In this document: one piece after another, positions 1 through 14,527 of the stretch
How the letters are laid out: the number at the start of each line of letters is the position of its first letter
Numbering within the stretch: position 1 is the stretch's first letter
NCBI RefSeq assembly: GCF_036321535.1
Contig: NC_087459.1
Span: 21,762,001-21,826,000 of the forward strand
Origin: Camelus dromedarius
Taxonomy: Eukaryota
Direction of reading: 5' to 3'
Length of the DNA stretch: 64,000 bases
Program-made: the position numbers and the translations under genes
Notes under the pieces: generated by a model
Told to the model about the DNA's origin: nothing
The model's input: only the letters and a program-made list of their open reading frames with translations
The model's database searches: none

Positions 1-1
1 C

Positions 2-3000
2 CCCGTCTGCTCCCGCTGCTACCCCAACCTGGCTGCCTACCGTAATCACCTGCGAAACCACCCACGCTGCAAAGGTTCTGAGCCCCAGGTGGGCCCCATC
101 CCAGAGGCAGGAGGCAGCAGTGAGCCCCAGAACAGGGCAGAGGAGGGCCTTGGGCAGGTTGAAGTGGAGAAGTTCCAGAAAGAACTTAAAGTGGAGCCCC
201 TGGAGGAGGTGGCAAGGGTGAAAGAAGAGGCCTGGGAGGAGACCACTGTGAAGGGGGAGGAGATGGAGCCGAGGTTGGAGACCGCAGAGAAGGGCTGCCA
301 GACCGAGGCAAGCTCTGAACGGCCCTTCAGCTGCGAGGTGTGCGGCCGGTCCTACAAGCACGCTGGCAGCCTCATCAATCACCGACAGAGCCACCAGACC
401 GGCCACTTTGGCTGCCAGGCCTGCTCCAAAGGCTTCTCAAACCTCATGTCCCTCAAGAACCACCGGCGCATCCACGCGGATCCCCGGCGCTTCCGCTGCA
501 CCGAGTGTGGGAAGGCCTTCCGCCTGCGGAAACAGCTGGCCAGCCACCAGCGAGTCCATGCTGAGCGTGGTGGGAGTGGGTGCACCCGAAAGCTGACTCG
601 GGAAGATCGGCCCTTTCGCTGTGGGCAGTGTGGGCGGACCTACCGCCACGCCGGCAGCCTCCTGAACCACCGGCGGAGCCATGAGATGGGCCAGTATAGC
701 TGCCCCACTTGCCCAAAGACCTACTCCAACCGCATGGCCCTGAAGGACCACCAGAGGCTGCATTCGGAGAGCCGGCGGCGGCGTGCTGGGCGGTCCCGGC
801 GGGCAGCTGTGCGCTGTGCCCTCTGCGGCCGGGGCTTCCCTGGCCGGGGATCTCTGGAGCAACACCTGCGAGAGCATGAGGAGGAGACCAAAGGTGGTCA
901 GGGAGGCCCAAATAGCCCAGAGGGCGGTGACCAGGGACTAGAAGACAGACTGGGTGGTACTGATTCGGTGCCCCAGTTGGAGGATGTAGCCACAAGGCCA
1001 GTGGAGCAGACTCAGAGCCCCATCAGGGCAGCAGGTTCAGAAGCCACAGATCCAATGTCCTGGGGCCCAGGGAAAGCAGATGGGTGGCAAGGAGACGGGG
1101 GATCCGTGAATCATGATGGAGACTGGGTTCCTGGGGGTCACGTACTGACCAAGCCAGAAGACAAGTCAGGGTACGGTGTCCCCAGGAGTCCTTGCCACCT
1201 TGGCAACAGCCAGCCCAATGGACCTAGTCTGTTTCCCATGGATAGCTGGGACAGTGGAGACAGCAGCCCTCAGCCCCAGCCAGAGAGCCACTCCTTTTCC
1301 TGCAGCCATTGTGGCAAGTCCTACTGCCAGTCGGAAGGCCCCTTGAATCATAACACCCACAAGACAGACCATCACTATTGCCTGCTCTGCTGTAAGGAGT
1401 TCCTGAATCCTGTGGCCACTAAGAATCACAGCCACAACCACATAGCTGACCAGACCTTTGCCTGCCCTGATTGTGGCAAGGTCTTTCAGTCCCACCATGA
1501 ACTAGCCAGTCACCTGCAGACTCATGCTAGGGGCCTCAGTCAGATGCCACCCCAGATAGAGGAGGCCAGAGGTCCCAGAGCTGGGGCTGTGGAGGATGAA
1601 GTGGATTTCCCTGGTCAAGGGAAAGCCCAGAAGTCTCCATCAGAACCCCCTGGTGCCCCAGGAGAGAATGCCGGGAGAGCTAATGGAGGCCAAGGCATAA
1701 AGTCCACAGGGGCTGAGGATGAGGAGCGGCCCTTCCGCTGTGCCCAATGTGGGCGCTCCTACCGCCATGCTGGGAGCCTGCTGAACCACCAGAAGGCCCA
1801 CACGACTGGACTCTATCCCTGTTCCCTCTGCCCCAAACTCCTCCCCAACCTGCTGTCCCTTAAGAACCACGGCAGGACCCACACGGACCCCAAGCGCCAC
1901 CGCTGCAGCATCTGTGGCAAGGCCTTCCGGACAGCTGCCCGACTGGAGGGCCATGGGCGGGTCCATGCACCCCGGGAGGGGCCCTTCACCTGCTCCCATT
2001 GTCCTCGCCACTTCCGCCGCCGCATCAGCTTCCAGCAGCACCAGCAGCAGCACCAGGAGGAACGGACAGTGGCCAGCTCTGGTACGGGGGCATGACAGGG
2101 TGTGGGCATAGGATTGAAGGGTCCCAGAGGAGGTGGGGACACAGTGGAGGGTTAAAATTGGTCCCAAGGTGCGGGGGAAGCAAGTAGCAAGAGGATCACA
2201 TGGGTCCCAGGGAGTGGCAGGGGGCTGGGATATGGAGAAAGCTAGTTTGAGGATGCTACCTTTTGAGCGGCTGAGATCTGAAGCCCTGGGTCAGGCGAAT
2301 AGCATGGTGGGCTGGGGCAGTCGGGGGTGGCAGGGAGTGGTCAGGAGCTGCCCAGGCTCCTCTGCCTTGCTGGAGCCAAAGAGGAATGGTCTGTTTGGGG
2401 AGGGGAGGTAGCTGGGTACCATCTAGCTGCTATATCTGGAAACCCTCCTGAACCAGCCAGTTAAGTAATAACTTCCAGAGGAAAAGATGGTCTAGGGTCT
2501 GCTCCTTCCTAGAGTAGGCAAGGAGGCAGGGAATGAGGAACAGGGCATGGGAGTCCCCAGACTGGACTGCTTTGTGGCTTCCACGCCGACTTGGTCAGGG
2601 AAACTGGGTGGCTAGTTGGCACCCAGCTCCCTGTCCCTCTCCCTGCGTCTTATCTCTGCACCTCCTCTTTTCTTGGCAACTAGACCCTTGGCGCTTTCCC
2701 ACCTATGTTGCCCCACGTCTCTTCTCCTTCCTGTTTTTCAATCCTCCTCTTCTTTCTTTGCTGCATATTTCCTTTTTATGATCCAATCAAATCACCCTTT
2801 TTACCTGCACACCCTGCTCCCCATCAGCACACCTTTAACTGGAACTGAGTCACAGATAATTGTTTCTTTGAAGCCAGGCTCAGCTGTAGTAACAGCAGTC
2901 ATTAGCCCCTATCTCCTGTCCTCTATCAAGGGGACTCCCCACGAAAGGCACCTCGGCCCAGCCTCCACAAGGCTGTGGAGGAGTGGGACAGCCTGTTCCC

Positions 3001-3501
3001 TCAGCAGGTCCTGGTCTCGCTCTCCACCTCCTCTAGGGGCCCGTAGCCCTTCTCCCAGGGCCCCTTCCATTTAGTGGCCACCAAAGGTGGGTGTCCCTAA
3101 GATGGTGGGCCCTTGAAGGGAGACTGTCAGGGAAGGAGGGGACAGTGGTGAGATGCCCCTGAGAGCGCTGACAAGAGGACTTTCAGGATAAAAGATTTTT
3201 TGTGACCCTAAGGGAACGAGCGAGGAGCTAGTTAGCCAGGTCTGGGAAGATAATTGGGAGTTCTCATACAGGCCTCAGGGGCCATGGGCGATGGGGAGTG
3301 GCCTGCGGGGCTAGGGATGGGGGTACAAGTTGTATGGAGTTTGCCCCCTCAGTCAGTGACCTCCTCTCTCTCTCCCCAGGATCCCCAGAGGCACCAGCGG
3401 CAGGCAGAGGGGACCTGTCATTGCCCCCTCCACCCACCCCCACAGCCCCACACCTGGACCCTTCACCCCAGTGGCCTGCAGACCTAAGCTTCTCCCTCTG
3501 A
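2..3501 (+). CDS. ZNF646: Zinc finger protein 646, 3' part (CDS enters from before the window). Exons: <2-2081, 3380-3501
   Basis: The frame is open from base 2 ([20 protein letters not shown] is a C2H2 finger) through the 89..2095 ORF, with many C2H2 fingers including three K/R-HAGSL-x-NH fingers. Donor G|GTACGG at 2081/2082 and acceptor cccag|G at 3379/3380 give the last exon [40 protein letters not shown], matching the human C-terminus as I recall it. Synteny with PRSS53 and VKORC1 agrees. Confidence 0.95.
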
Positions 3502-3916
3502 ACTTCAGTTCTCCAAAGATCAGAATGTGGGGTGGGGGGCAGGTTTGCAGGGAAAGGCTTGATCTCCTTGTTTTGCTCAGGAGTAGTTTGGGCATCCCCA
3601 GCTCTTTTCTCCTCTCACCTGGCGAAGAGGACCCAGATCTGGCTTCTTTCCCAAGGAGGGGGTGAGGTCTTCCTCCTGTCCTGTCCTTGAAGGACCCCCT
3701 TTCCCCCAGCCTTTGTCACCACCTTCTTCCCTGTGACCAGCTCTGCAAGTAACCCAGTGGCAGGCTCGGCCATGATGCTGGGCCCCCCTCACCAGCCAGA
3801 TTCCAACACCAGGGAGAGGCAGATTCAGAGAGAGCCGCAGGTGGGAATGTTGCCTGTGGAAGGGGAGCCTTTTACTACAATTTGTAACTTATTTTCTAAA
3901 ATCTATTTTGTAACAA

Positions 3917-3922
3917 TTTATT
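3917..3922 (-). terminator. PRSS53: Probable poly(A) signal (AATAAA) of PRSS53
   Basis: TTTATT on + at 3917-3922, about 345 nt downstream of the PRSS53 stop in an AT-rich patch. Confidence 0.6.
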
Positions 3923-4266
3923 TAAGTTTAAAAAAAAAAACAGGAAAATTGCTCCCCCCCAAAAAAGAAATTTTCAAAGTATGAGGCTGGTGTGATTGTT
4001 TCTGAGGGGATGAGGAATAGGGAAAGCTGGGGATGCCTGCGTCGGACTGCAGAGCTGGGTGTGGGGGAGCACCCACAGGCCTCGTCTCCCTGTCCTGCAG
4101 GGTGGGGAGCAGGGGCAGCTGCGGGTCGGGGCAGGCTCCTTCCTAGAGCCCATTGTGCCCACCTTTGGGCCTGCCTGGGTGTGTGTGTCAGGGGGATGGG
4201 GTAAGAGCATGGGAAAAGAGATGTGGGAATTGCTTCCCTGTAACTGCGGCGTCCCAGAGCCACCTG

Positions 4267-7200
4267 TCAACAGCCGGCTGGTTGGCCTGTCAAGGAGAGG
4301 AAGGAGGGTGGGGTTGATCTTGTCCTCACAGCTTCCCTCCCTCCCTCCAAGGAAGAGGTAGGCAGTGCTCCTTAGGCCCCATGACAGATGGGAAGAGTGA
4401 GGTTTGAAGAGGTCAAGAGGCGTGCTTCAAGTCAAACAGAGACGAAGAGCCAGGACTTGAATCCAGATAGGTCTGTCCTCTACTCCACCCCACCCAGGGA
4501 AGCTCCAGGTGGGTCAGGACAGATCCTGCCCTAGATCGAGGGAGAAGCGATCTGGAGAGGCAGATGTTGACAGGGAGGCCCCAGGGCCACATACTCGTGT
4601 TCACAGGGCAGCTTCCAGGCTCAATCTCAGGCTCTGGCTCCTCAGCGAAGTAGACCTGCCAGTCCAAACTGCTGACCCAGTTCTCATAGGTGGGGAGCGC
4701 CGCAAAGACAGCAGGCCTTGCAGGGCCTTGGCAGGCATCGCCAAAGCTGTGCAGCCCAGCCAGGAACCACGTGCCCCTCACCTCATGCACCAGCGGTGCC
4801 CCCGACAGGCCCTGTCAGGGGTTAAGGGACACTGAGTGACTTCCATTTCTCCCCAGGTAGCTGCAGGGGGCAGAAGGGGCCTGGGCTGAGGCTCTGGCTA
4901 CTTGGGAGCCAGATGGCAGAAAGGCTGATTTAGGTGAAAGGTGGGTCTGAGCGTGAGCATGGCAGGAGGTCTGTTCATGAGTGGCAGCGTGAGGGGTCTG
5001 TGGAGTGAGGTTTGGGGGACTGGGGCTCACCTCGCAGCCAGGCGGCTCACCCACAACACTGGTACACACCATCCCTGACAGAATGGGGATGCTGTCGCTC
5101 CCAAGGGCCGCATGCAGGCGGCTACAGGCCCTGGGCCCCAAGATGGTCACAGGCACCGTCTGAGGGGAGCTGGTGCCTGCAGGACGAGGGAGAAGACCCA
5201 GCTGCCTCCATGGCCTGTAAACTGGATGCACAGCTGCTGGTGGCCCTGACCTACCTACATACCTGCTCCTTGGCGGGCTAGCCCCAGGACCCAGCCGCGT
5301 TCCCCATCAGGCAGGCGGTGGTCATCATAGGGCAGGCATAGGGGCCGCAGGCTGGGACCTAGTGTTACGGGCTGGGCCAGCAGCAGGAGGGCCACGTCGT
5401 AGCCCCCTTCCGGGTGGGTATACGCCCCATGCAGGATGACTTGCTTCAGGCCCCGCTCCTCTGGTTCAGCTGCCAGGCCTACAGTCCATTCCTCTGGGGT
5501 CTGGCGCCTGTGCAAGGACAGAGTTGACAGCACTGGGTGGCAGAGCTGCCGGCAAGGGTGCAGGCACAAAGATGAGGGAGACAGGGCTCACCCAATGAAG
5601 CAGTGGGCAGCAGTCAGCACCACCTCCTCTGACACTAGGGCTCCGCCACAGGCCAGCTTCCCTTGGTGCTTCAGCCTGGCGTCCCAGGGCCATGGGGAGG
5701 GAGCTCCTGCCCGAGGGCCTTCTCTCCTCAAGGATCCACAGGCTGAAACAGACAGATTACATCATCTGCCTTCTTGCTAAGTGCTCACTGCATGCCAGGC
5801 TCTGAGCTAAGCGTTTCCCACGTGCTATCAAATATCCTCACAATGTCCTTTTAAGCTGAATATTTGTTACCCTCATTACCAAAGTTATCCAAAGTTTCAG
5901 AGAGGTTAAGTGACTTTCCAGCTCAGTAACCACCGGCAGGTAGCCGACTAGGGATTCAAAACCCAGGGCCTAAGCTTTTAACCCCGATGGTCCAGTCTCA
6001 TGGGAGTGGCCTGCTCATCCTTCCCCCACCCCACCTGTCTGCACCCCTCTGGGCTTGGACTGGCCCCAGAACTCCTGGCTCATTAGTGCTTCTCTTACCA
6101 TCAAGACAGAGCTTCCTTCCTGGGAATTACTTTACATGCAATTTGCATGTTAGTCACTTAATGCCAAAATTAATGCCCGACTGAGCAGGAGCCCTACCCT
6201 GTCCAATCTTGCTGAGTCCCTGCTTGGAAATATGTAGCTTACCCCTAAACCATCAATCAGATCTCAGAAATCCCTCCTTACCCAAACTACAAGTGGATAA
6301 AGTTCCAAGGCGTCTATGCCTCTTAGCCTCAACGGGGCTCTTCCCATCCTAGGGGTGGAAAGGGGCCTTAAAAGCCTCTTCGTTAGCCCCTGGCAGTGTG
6401 TAGACACCCTGTACCAGTTCTCTATTCTGAGCTGAAATTTGTTCCACTGTGGCTTCCACTCACTGCCCGGAAGTCCTCATGCAGGCCTGGGGAAGGTCCC
6501 CACATGTCCCATTCCTAACACCTGCTGCTCATACCTACACAGCTGTCCTCATCACTGATCTCCGGGGTCTCAGGGTCCTGAGCTAGGAAGGCTGCCCCCT
6601 GAGCTCGAGCCTGCAGCCAGGAGCTGTGAGTAGCCGTGTTGGTCAGCAGCACAGGAGTGTCTTCCTGGGCACAGCTTGATGCGAAACTGATGATCCCAGC
6701 TTGAATCCAGTGTCCATCAGGTTCGCGGCACAGCACTGGGCCCCCGGAATCTCCCTGGAGCCAGGCAGTGTTGTCAAGGGCAGACACCTGAGCACCCACC
6801 CTGGGTGGACACCCTCTACCTGCGGTCCTCCCACCCGTCCCTGTGGATTGAGGCTAGGCTCCCTCCCCTTCTTGTCCCCTGTCATCCTCCTCAGACCTGA
6901 CAGGGCCCCTGCACCCCGGGCTGGGGACCCCCACACAGCATCCCAGACCGGGCCGGGCTGGCCAGCAGCCGCTGGTGCAGCCGATTGTAGAGACAGTTAC
7001 ACGTAGGGCGGCTGATTAGACGCAGGTGCAGATTCCGTAGGGTCCTGGGAGCTGGCAAAAGAGAAGGGGTTGGGACCAGAGTGGGCTCTGTGGAGCAAGG
7101 GAGACAGGGAACAGGGACATTTGGCAGCTGAAGCTGTGTGACCCTGGGCAAGTTCCTCTCTGGGCTGTAGTCTGGGCCAGCACTTACCATCATTGGTGTC

Positions 7201-9052
7201 CTGATCCCAGCCAGTTGCCCAGCAGGAGGTCCCAAAGGGGAAGCGATGGGCAGGTTGGGGCAAGCAGATGGGTGTGTGGGCCACGGGGTGGGCAAGCTGT
7301 AACAGGGCCAGGTCTGAGCCCTGGCTATAGTGGTTATAGGCCCTGGGCAGCTGCAGAGCAGTCACCCCCACCTCCTCAGCCCCTGGGCTTAGCCCCTCAC
7401 GCTGCAGAGATCCCAGAACAACTGACCAGGAGTTCAGTTCAGTCACTGCCGCCCTGGAAGGGGAGGGACAAGACCCAGGCATTGAGTGCAAAGGGGGACA
7501 CCATGGGAGGCAGCACAAAGTAGGTGAAAGAGGGGCCAAAACCTGTGGCTTTAAGCAAAGTCTACCCTTCTCCCAACCTGTTTTCTCATTTGTAAGGCTT
7601 CTACCAAAAAGGTTGTTAATAGTTGTTGATAGTATGTACCTAGCACACAGCGTGTTTTTAATAAATGGTACTTCTTTATTCTAGGGGCAGGGCTCAGTCT
7701 TGTGGGGTTTGGGGACAAATCACCCACCCTGAAAGCCAGAAACCCTGTTTGACCGCAGCCATGACTCACTTTTCAAAGCAGTGGGCTGCAGTTAGGACCC
7801 AGGTGTCCGCCACCAGGGAGCCGCTGCAAATGTGGACCCCCTGCTGCCTCACACTGGCCTGCCACGGCCACTCGCCAGCCACCGTGTTGCCCTCCTGAGG
7901 CTCGGGGGGGCCGGGGCCACGCTGCCCGCATGCTGTGGACAGGTGTAGGTCAGGCTGACAGCAGGCCCCTGTTCTGCCCTCACCCCAGGCCCAACCCAGA
8001 CCCGAGTATGACCCAGGCCCCATGGCCCCAGAGCTTACCACGCTGAGCTGCTAGAAGACCTGGGGAGAGAGCGACACAGGTGAGACTTGGGGGAGGGAGC
8101 CTCACCTGCCTGGCCCAGCCTTGGTGGAGGGGACAGGTTTGGGGGACTTGCCTGGGTCCTTGCCTATGACTCTGGGGCTACCTCACCAGCCCCTCCCAGA
8201 ATGAAAATATTTATATGAGATCAAGAAACAGTTTTTATTGGAACCTATTCAGAGTGTACACTCAGTAATTAGTTCTCTCTTCGCTGTGCTCAGCACTCTT
8301 GGGCCCGAGGGGCAGGGCCTGGGGTTCATCTTGGGGCAAGGCCAGCCCTCCTCCAGGCTTCAGAACCCCCAACTCCTGCCCCTGCTGCTGAGTCAGGGAG
8401 GCAGCCTGTGCATGTGGAGAGCATTAGCTTAATTGTGCCCTTGGCTGTGGAGGCCTAAGAGGAAGGATTAGAGGCCTGCGTCATGTCCAAGTTGGGGAGG
8501 GCGCCGAGAGATTGAGACTCACCCCACCCCTGTTCTGACAACTCAGACTCCCCCACCTTTCCAGAATCTGCCAGAGACTCTACCAAAGGGTTCCCTGCCC
8601 TGCCTTTTCCCCATCACAGACACACACAAACATGCCCATTGAACATCTGAGCCAGGAGAGGTGGGTAGTAGGTAAAGACAGGGAGACTGAGGCCAAAGGG
8701 CCCCAGAACTTGCCTAACGCCATTCTGGAAGTAGAGAGGTAGACGGGGGCACAGGGTGCACACAGGCGTAATGACAGTTCCCGCACATGTAGACTGTAAT
8801 CCAGCTCAAGGAAGTCACACCCCTTTGGACACAGGTGGCCATAAACACCTCCCCATGCACAGCCAGACACAGTTATGTGCCAAACTGTCACCCCACAGGC
8901 AGGCTCCCTTCACACACCTGCAGGGGCTGCTGGGGCAGAGGATGGCTTGTGAACCCCATACCACTTCCCACCCACCCAGATACGGGTGACTCACCCTCTA
9001 CGAGGACCACCATTCCCAGGATGAGCAGCCTTGGTCCCCAGCTCTGCTTCAT
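4267..9052 (-). CDS. PRSS53: Serine protease 53 (polyserase-3), two tandem trypsin-like domains, 553 aa. Exons in transcript order: 8995-9052, 8039-8059, 7770-7932, 7188-7453, 6897-7051, 6535-6754, 5592-5742, 5263-5507, 5031-5176, 4595-4811, 4267-4286
   Basis: Signal peptide [20 protein letters not shown]. Domain 1 motifs AAHCF / SDLAL / GDSGGP; domain 2 motifs AAHCF / YDVAL / GLSGAP. All introns GT-AG; exon lengths sum to 1662 nt in frame; ends SQPAGC*. Confidence 0.96.
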
Positions 9053-9926
9053 GCTGCTCCAGGGCACTCTGCCGCCTGTGCTCTGGTTCCTGGAGAAGCC
9101 ACCTGGGTCTTCCTAGCTCCACCTCTGCTCCACCCCCAACTTGCTACGACTCAGGTGTCATTGCTTTTCTTGGGCTGGAAGGGAGCCAGCAGTTCCTAGC
9201 TCTGGGGCTGTGGCTGTGACCCTGGGCTCTTCACCACCTCTCCCTGAGCCTCTGCCATGCCCAGACTGGGTTCAAATCCCAGGTCCCCCACTGACTACTT
9301 GAGTGACCTTGGACAGCTAACCTGCCTGTGCCTTATCTGAAAAACTCAGAATTGTTGAACATAAAGATGCTTAGACCGAAGCCTGGCAGAGTAAACTTGC
9401 TCCCAGCATGGAAGCTGTTCCCCAGGAACAGGTGAAGGACCCTCCCAGTTCTCACTTTTCATTTCTGCTTCCCTGCCTCTCTCCCAGGCCTGGGTCCAAC
9501 TGGATTTTGCATACCTTCCCCTGCTACGTTGCTTCAGAGGCAGGGTGTGCAGGGCTATATCGAGGTGCCAAGGCTGTTTCCTGCTAGGTATGACACCAGC
9601 AAATCTCAATGCCTCTCTGTCACCTTCCCGGGAGACAGGGTTACACCTCATAGGTGCTGGAAGACTCAATTAGGAGGGAAGAACACTTGGCGCACCCTTT
9701 CTCCCTTCCTGGCTTCTGACTTGGGACAGCCCAGACTGTTCAGGAACCCTGACCCCAACCCAGAGGCAGCTGTGGCTCCAATTAAGAGTACAGATACTGA
9801 AGCCAGATGGCCCTGATGGATTCAAGTCCTGAGGGCTCCCTAACCCCCTCCCCAAAACAAGCTGTGTGATCTTAGGCAAGTTACTTAGCCTCTCTGTACC
9901 TCAGTCTCCTCATCAAGATAGGGATA

Positions 9927-10278
9927 CAGTCGGTCCTCTGTATCCACAGGTTCTGCATCTGTGGCGNNNNNNNNNNNNNNNNNNNNNNNNNNNNNNNNNN
10001 NNNNNNNNNNNNNNNNNNNNNNNNNNNNNNNNNNNNNNNNNNNNNNNNNNNNNNNNNNNNNNNNNNNNNNNNNNNNNNNNNNNNNNNNNNNNNNNGTATT
10101 AGATGTAAGTAATCTAGAGATGACTTTAAAGTATAACTTTAAGTATATGGGAGGATGTGTGCAGGGTATATGCAAATTCCATGTCATTTTCTATAAGGGA
10201 CTTGAGCATCCTTGGATTTTGGTTTAGGGAGTGGGTAGGTCCTGGAACCAGTCCCCTGTGGATACCAAGGGGTGACTT
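9927..10278 (-). mobile_element. MER2 (TcMar-Tigger MITE) inserted at a TA inside a MIR
   Basis: Terminal inverted repeats CAGTCGGTCCTCTGTATCC...GGATACCAAGGGGTGACT, with TA on both sides (9925-9926, 10279-10280). MIR sequence continues on both flanks. It spans an N gap. Confidence 0.8.
9967..10095. other. Assembly gap (129 N)
   Basis: N run. Confidence 1.
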
Positions 10279-10829
10279 TAATAATAATACCTACCTCATT
10301 CCGTTGCTATAAGGATTGAATGAGTCAACACATATCATGTTATTAAACAATGCTTCACATGTGGATGAGTGCTTAGTACACATTTGGAGAAACAAAACAA
10401 AACAAAACAAAACACTCACAACCTGCCCCTGGCCCTCTAGGGCCATCAAGACTGGCTTGAGGTGGCAAATAAGGCAGCTGGAGGGATTAAATTTAGACTA
10501 TAGGAAAAATTTCCCAGCAAGCATGCACAGAATCAGAAGCGCAGCTCACCCTTGCAAATGCACGCTTGGCCCTCCCAGAAGACGAGGCCTGGCTTCTGTA
10601 GGCAGCAAGGACAAGCTGCCAGCCTGTTTCCTGGGGGTGGGGGCTGATGGCACCCCAGGTCTTGCTGACTCCACATCCTGGAGAAGGGACTAACCATCCT
10701 TCCCAGGTGGGCCCTCCTCTCCCTCTGACTCGTATTTTCTGGTCTGGTCCCAGAGGAGGAAAGACTGGAGAAGGCCCAACGCTAAGGTCCCTGGCCAACA
10801 GATGGCTCAGACTTGATTAATTAAGAAAT

Positions 10830-10835
10830 TTTATT
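10830..10835 (-). terminator. VKORC1: Poly(A) signal (AATAAA) of VKORC1
   Basis: TTTATT on + about 235 nt after the VKORC1 stop. Confidence 0.75.
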
Positions 10836-11070
10836 GTTCTGAAACTTCCCTCCTTGGGCAACAGCAGGAGCTTTAGAAATCAGCCCTTGGGGACAGAGCC
10901 AAAGGCACTAACATGGAGGAAAGAGTGTGGCATGATTGGTCCATTGTCCTGTGGGGGAATATGGTGAGGGCAGGCTGCAGACTCTTCTAAGGACCCAGAC
11001 CTGGCCCCCTTGGGCAAAGGTCACATGCCAAAGCAGAGCAAATGAGATCAGCCTGGCTTGGGGTGAGGGC

Positions 11071-13085
<2,015 letters not shown>

Positions 13086-13745
13086 AAGGGTAATGGAGTT
13101 TCTGGAGTTTTAAAAACTATATTAATCTCAGAGTAACAGGATATAACGCTGTTCTATGCCAAGCCTTGTTCTGACTTTGGAACATCAGGACCTAGAGACC
13201 AGCGGATCAGGGAATTTAGCGAATACTGTAATCGCATCAAGAACCTAGCATTTCCCCTGAAATTATTATCAGACACTACTACGGCTATAACCTCCAATCA
13301 GCCTAGCTTGCTCAGCCTTTCCCTCCTGCCACATCAGCGCCTCCTGCTGGCCGATCTCTCTCTCTCTCTGTTTCTCCCCTGCATTCCCAGCTCCATCACC
13401 GTGGCCATACCTTGAGGGTATCATAACCTGTGTTCCAGTGAAGTGGCGCCTGGCAAAACCTGAGCCCTGGTCAACCCAACTGTCCGTCTTTCCAAGCCTT
13501 CCGTGAGCTAGCTGAGCTCTCCCCTTCACAGACATCGCATCTATTGATGACCCATCTCACCCATACCTTTCCTTCCTTCTCATCTGCATCGAAACTTTTC
13601 CCCATTTTGGAAGCTGCCACAAATACCCTTTCACATTCAAGTTTTGGGAGGAAAATTTAACGCTCCCATCCTTTACTTCCTTGCTGCCCAGCACACCATA
13701 AACTAGCTCCTGCCCCCTAGTACTCTCCTGACAACTAATAGCTGG

Positions 13746-14335
13746 TGTTAATATAGGGAAAATGGGGCACTAGAGGATGGTCATGTCCCAGGTTTCTGGG
13801 ATGCTCCCTGCCAAATGAGGGTCCTTGGCTTCACGCAGGAAGGAATTCAAGAGCGAGCCATAGTTGGGTAAAAGTTGATTTATTTAGAAAGATGCACACT
13901 CCATAGACAGAATGTAGGCTGTCTCAGAAGGCCAAAGAGGCCATGAAGCGTGGAGGGATGTTAAGTTTAAAGTAAAAGTAGAAGTAAAAGTAGATACTCC
14001 ATAGACAGCGTGCAGGCTATCTCAGAAGGTAAGAATGAGAGAGGAGGTGCGGGGTTGTTAGTTTTTATGGGCTTGGTAACTTCATATGCTAACAAGTGGG
14101 AGGATTATTCCAACTACTTTGGGGAAGGGGATGGGATTGCCAGGAACTGCGCCACCACCCACTTTTTGACCTTTTATGGACCTCCGAACTGTCATGGCGC
14201 CTGTGGGAGTGCCATTAACATGCTAATGTATTACAATGAGTGTATAATGAACCTCAAGTTCTACTGGAAGCCAAATCTTCAATTGCTGTGTCATTCCTTT
14301 AATGGTTGCACCCTGCCCCCTTCCCTCCTGTCTCA
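13746..14335 (-). mobile_element. ERV1-type solo LTR (family not assigned)
   Basis: TG...CA ends. On the minus strand there is a CATAAAA TATA-like box (14062-14068) and AATAAA (13879-13884). A 34-bp internal direct repeat lies at 13898-13931 and 13996-14029. No clear target-site duplication. Confidence 0.6.
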
Positions 14336-14527
14336 GTGTCACTAGGATGCTAAATTCAGTGGATATTTTTCAGTTCTAATCATGCTTTTATTAACAGTAT
14401 TAGTCACTGTTGGCCACTCATTCCTGGGAATTCTCTCTTCTTCTGGATTCTGTGATATTTCACTCTCCTGCTGGCCCTCCTCCCTCTCTGGCTGCTCCTC
14501 ACACCCACTCCTCTTCTTCCAGACAGG

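Noticed and set aside
46-2187. Many overlapping alternative-frame and antisense ORFs over ZNF646, and similar ones over the other genes
   Set aside because: These are shadow ORFs of GC-rich coding exons with no independent motifs.
13270-13560. Strong-looking + strand acceptor at 13390 as an exon of a divergent VKORC1 lncRNA
   Set aside because: The flanking sequence resembles a degenerate L2 body and there is no convincing donor, so there is not enough support.
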